Under the pieces are notes generated by a model. The model did not search any database. It was not told the DNA's origin and saw nothing but the letters and a program-made list of their open reading frames with translations. Shown in pieces: positions 61,701-64,000 of a stretch of 64,000 nt of DNA. Position 1 is the first letter of the stretch. The number at the start of each line of letters is the position of its first letter. A program made the translations under genes and the position numbers. The DNA comes from Candidatus Methylomirabilota bacterium (GTDB taxonomy: Bacteria; Methylomirabilota; Methylomirabilia; Rokubacteriales; CSP1-6), in the NCBI GenBank assembly GCA_036001065.1, contig DASYUQ010000077.1, positions 12,299 through 76,298 of the forward strand. Direction: 5' to 3'.

Positions 61701-62419
61701 GCGGCTCTTCCAATACGCAGCCGCGTCAGCACGATCTCACAGAGCATCCGGGGGCCGCTCTTGAGGACACCGGTCTTGCTGCCCGCCTGGTCAGTCCAGT
61801 TCACCGGCACTTCGACGATGCGGTACCCGTGAGCGCGCGACAGCAAGAGCAGCTCGACGTCGAAGCCGAAGCCGGCGGTCTGCAGACGCGGGAACAGGTC
61901 TCTGGCGGCGGCGGCCGTGACGGCGTTGAATCCGCACTGCGAGTCGGCGATCACCCCGAGCCCGAGCCGGGCCACAATCCAATTGAAGAGGCGCCCCGCC
62001 GCCACGCGGTGGCGCCGCGCATTGACCGACACGCCTCGATGGGGCAGCCACCGCGAGCCGATGGCGATGTCGGCCCCCGACACCAAGGCGTTCTCGAGCC
62101 GCTCCACCTCGGCGATGGGGGTCGCCCCATCGGCGTCCGTGAGGAGCCGGAGGGCGCCGCGGGCCGCCAGCATACCCTGGCGCACCGTGGCACCCTTGCC
62201 CCGGTTGCCCTCGCTGCGGAACAGCCGCACCGTCCGATGCGCGCGAGCGGCCGCCTCGACCACGCCGGCGGTCCGGTCGGTGCTCCCGTCGTCCACGACC
62301 AGCACCTCGTAGGGCTCCCCCCGCCCTGCGAAGAAGTCCGCGACCTCCTCCGGGTATCTCGTCAGACGCAGCGCCTCGTTGAAGGCCGGGATGACGACGG
62401 ACCAGCGCGGTGGACTCAC
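61697..62419 (-). CDS. GT2 glycosyltransferase (dolichol-phosphate mannosyltransferase-like)
   Basis: VVIPAFNEA...VLVVDDGSTDRT... Confidence 0.7.
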   Translation of the reverse strand: MSPPRWSVVIPAFNEALRLTRYPEEVADFFAGRGEPYEVLVVDDGSTDRTAGVVEAAARAHRTVRLFRSEGNRGKGATVRQGMLAARGALRLLTDADGATPIAEVERLENALVSGADIAIGSRWLPHRGVSVNARRHRVAAGRLFNWIVARLGLGVIADSQCGFNAVTAAAARDLFPRLQTAGFGFDVELLLLSRAHGYRIVEVPVNWTDQAGSKTGVLKSGPRMLCEIVLTRLRIGRAA

Positions 62420-63852
62420 TTGACTCCGAAAACGTCGACGCGCCGGCGTCGACGGGCGGTCCCCGTCTCATGGGAGGCGCGGGCCACGCCGGCCGCCACC
62501 GCCAGCGCCACGTTCTTGTTGAAAACGCTGGGAATGATGTACTCCGAGCTGAGCTCGCTCCGCGTCACGCATCCGGCGATGGCGCGCGCCGCCGCCAGTT
62601 TCATCTCGTCGTTCACCGTCCGCGCCCGCGAGTCCAGGAGGCCGCGGAAGAACCCCGGAAAGCAGAGCACATTGTTGATCTGGTTCGGGTAATCGGACCG
62701 GCCCGTCGCCATCACGCGCACGTGTCGCTCGGCCTCCTCGGGCTGGATCTCGGGGACGGGGTTCGCCATGGCGAAGACGATCGGATCGCGGGCCATACGC
62801 TTGATGTCGCGGAGGGTCAGGATGCCGGGGACGCTGAGCCCGATGAAGACATCCGCCCGCTGGAGCGCGTCGCCGAGGCGCCCCTTCACCTGGCGGGGGT
62901 TCGTGGCGGAGGCAACCCATCGCTTCATGAAGTCCAGGCCCTCCGGGCGGCCGCGGTAGATCGTCCCGTGCTCGTCGACGCCGATGATGTCCCGCACCCC
63001 GCACGACAGGAGGATCTTGATCGTCGCCGTGCCCGCCGCCCCTACCCCCGTCACCACCACGCGGATCTTGTCGAGATGTTTGCGCACGATCTTCAGCGCG
63101 TTGAGCAAGGCGGCCAGGACCACGACCGCGGTGCCGTGCTGATCGTCGTGAAAGACCGGGATGTCGAGGTCCTTGCGCAGCCGGGTCTCGATCTCGAAGC
63201 ATCGGGGAGCGGCGATGTCCTCGAGATTCACGCCTCCGAAGGCCGGCGCCACCAACTTGACCGTCTCGACGATCTTGTCCACGTCCCTGGTCGCCAGGCA
63301 GAGGGGGAAGGCGTCCACGTTGGCGAACTCCTTGAAGAGCATCGCCTTGCCTTCCATGACCGGCAGGGCCGCCTCCGGTCCGATGTCACCCAGGCCGAGG
63401 ACGGCCGTCCCGTCGGTGACGACGGCGACGGTGTTGTGCTTGATGGTCAGCGCGAAGGCGCGCTCCCGGTCGTCCCGGATGGCCAGGCAGACGCGGGCGA
63501 CGCCGGGCGTGTAAGCCATCGACAGGTCGTCGCGCGTGCGAACGGGGACCTTGTTGTGGATCTCGATCTTGCCGCCCAGGTGCAACAGGAACGTCCGGTC
63601 CGAGACGTTGCTGACGCGGATGCCCGGCAGGCGGCGCAGGCTACTGACGATTTCCTGGCCGTGGACGCTGTCGCGAGCCTTGATCGTGATGTCGCGGACG
63701 ATGCGATCGCGGTGCGATTCCACGAGGTCCACAGCGCCGATGTCGCCGCCGGCCTGTCCGATCGCCGAGGCCACCCGGCCCAGCATCCCCGGGCGATTCT
63801 TGATCTCGAGCCGGAGAGTGAGGCTGTAGCTCGCACTGGGCGCGACAGCCAT
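62416..63852 (-). CDS. NAD(P)-dependent malic enzyme with N-terminal ACT domain
   Basis: Start ATG 63852 (MAVAPSASYSLTLRLEIKNRPGMLGRVAS...). The malic-enzyme NAD domain follows. Track ORF starts at 63876. Confidence 0.75.
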   Translation of the reverse strand: MAVAPSASYSLTLRLEIKNRPGMLGRVASAIGQAGGDIGAVDLVESHRDRIVRDITIKARDSVHGQEIVSSLRRLPGIRVSNVSDRTFLLHLGGKIEIHNKVPVRTRDDLSMAYTPGVARVCLAIRDDRERAFALTIKHNTVAVVTDGTAVLGLGDIGPEAALPVMEGKAMLFKEFANVDAFPLCLATRDVDKIVETVKLVAPAFGGVNLEDIAAPRCFEIETRLRKDLDIPVFHDDQHGTAVVVLAALLNALKIVRKHLDKIRVVVTGVGAAGTATIKILLSCGVRDIIGVDEHGTIYRGRPEGLDFMKRWVASATNPRQVKGRLGDALQRADVFIGLSVPGILTLRDIKRMARDPIVFAMANPVPEIQPEEAERHVRVMATGRSDYPNQINNVLCFPGFFRGLLDSRARTVNDEMKLAAARAIAGCVTRSELSSEYIIPSVFNKNVALAVAAGVARASHETGTARRRRRVDVFGVK

Positions 63853-64000
63853 CGCGCGCCTACCCGGCTGCCGCATCGACGCCGAGGCGGGAGACCCCCT
63901 CGCGCCGGCCCCCCACCCCCGCCGGGGTTTCCACTGCAGCGCCGGGCAGAGCGTCCTTCCCGGAGCTCAGAGCGTCTGGGGTTCCAGGCGTGTAAAAACG

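Noticed and set aside
63877-64000. Possible additional repeat copy at the right edge (gagaccccctcgcgccggccccccacccccgccgggg)
   Set aside because: GC-rich, but it lacks the CGGAGGGGGCC/GGCCCCCTCCG core and the end modules. It is probably the malic-enzyme upstream region only.

Overview
This is a high-GC (about 68-70%) bacterial chromosomal segment. Nearly every real gene between about 11.2 kb and 63.9 kb lies on the minus strand. Almost all long plus-strand ORFs in the track are antisense artefacts of the GC-rich coding strand.

Minus-strand gene order, from high to low coordinates:
- malic enzyme, a GT2 glycosyltransferase, an aminotransferase, a HIT protein, nth
- rplM-rpsI, argC-argJ
- rpsB-tsf-pyrH-frr-uppS-cdsA-dxr-rseP-ispG, a thioredoxin-like 2Fe-2S ferredoxin, proS
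- rimP-nusA-ylxR-infB-DUF503-rbfA, a DHH phosphoesterase, truB-ribF, rpsO-pnp, an M16 peptidase
- an 11-gene purine super-operon, purB-purC-purS-purQ-purL-purF-purM-[NDH-2]-purN-purH-[MerR/TPR]-purD-purE
- tsaC, mobA, a hypothetical, thiI, pgl, a degenerate rpiB remnant, glyA, nrdR
- a B12-binding radical SAM enzyme

The left 10 kb is more accessory-like:
- a tightly coupled operon: meaB, a membrane-anchored HdrD/DsrK-like CCG iron-sulfur oxidoreductase, DUF1232, a fused CoA-transferase, and an HMG-CoA-synthase-like protein fused to DUF35 (cut by the window start)
- a monoheme c-type cytochrome followed by a NapC/NrfH-like 5-heme cytochrome
- rimI-tsaB, a PyrE-like phosphoribosyltransferase, and a sigma-54-dependent secreted protein.

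The most unusual feature is a family of at least six GC-rich, hairpin-forming repeat elements of about 75-150 bp. They share terminal modules and hairpins preserved by compensatory changes. Three copies sit in-frame inside coding sequences: a CoA-transferase loop, the PurH interdomain linker, and the PurB C-terminus, which they replace. Others lie in 5' UTR or intergenic positions inside operons.

No rRNA, tRNA or CRISPR array was recognised. Coordinates derived by codon arithmetic from the ORF track are reliable to the codon. Repeat boundaries are approximate (about +/-5 bp).
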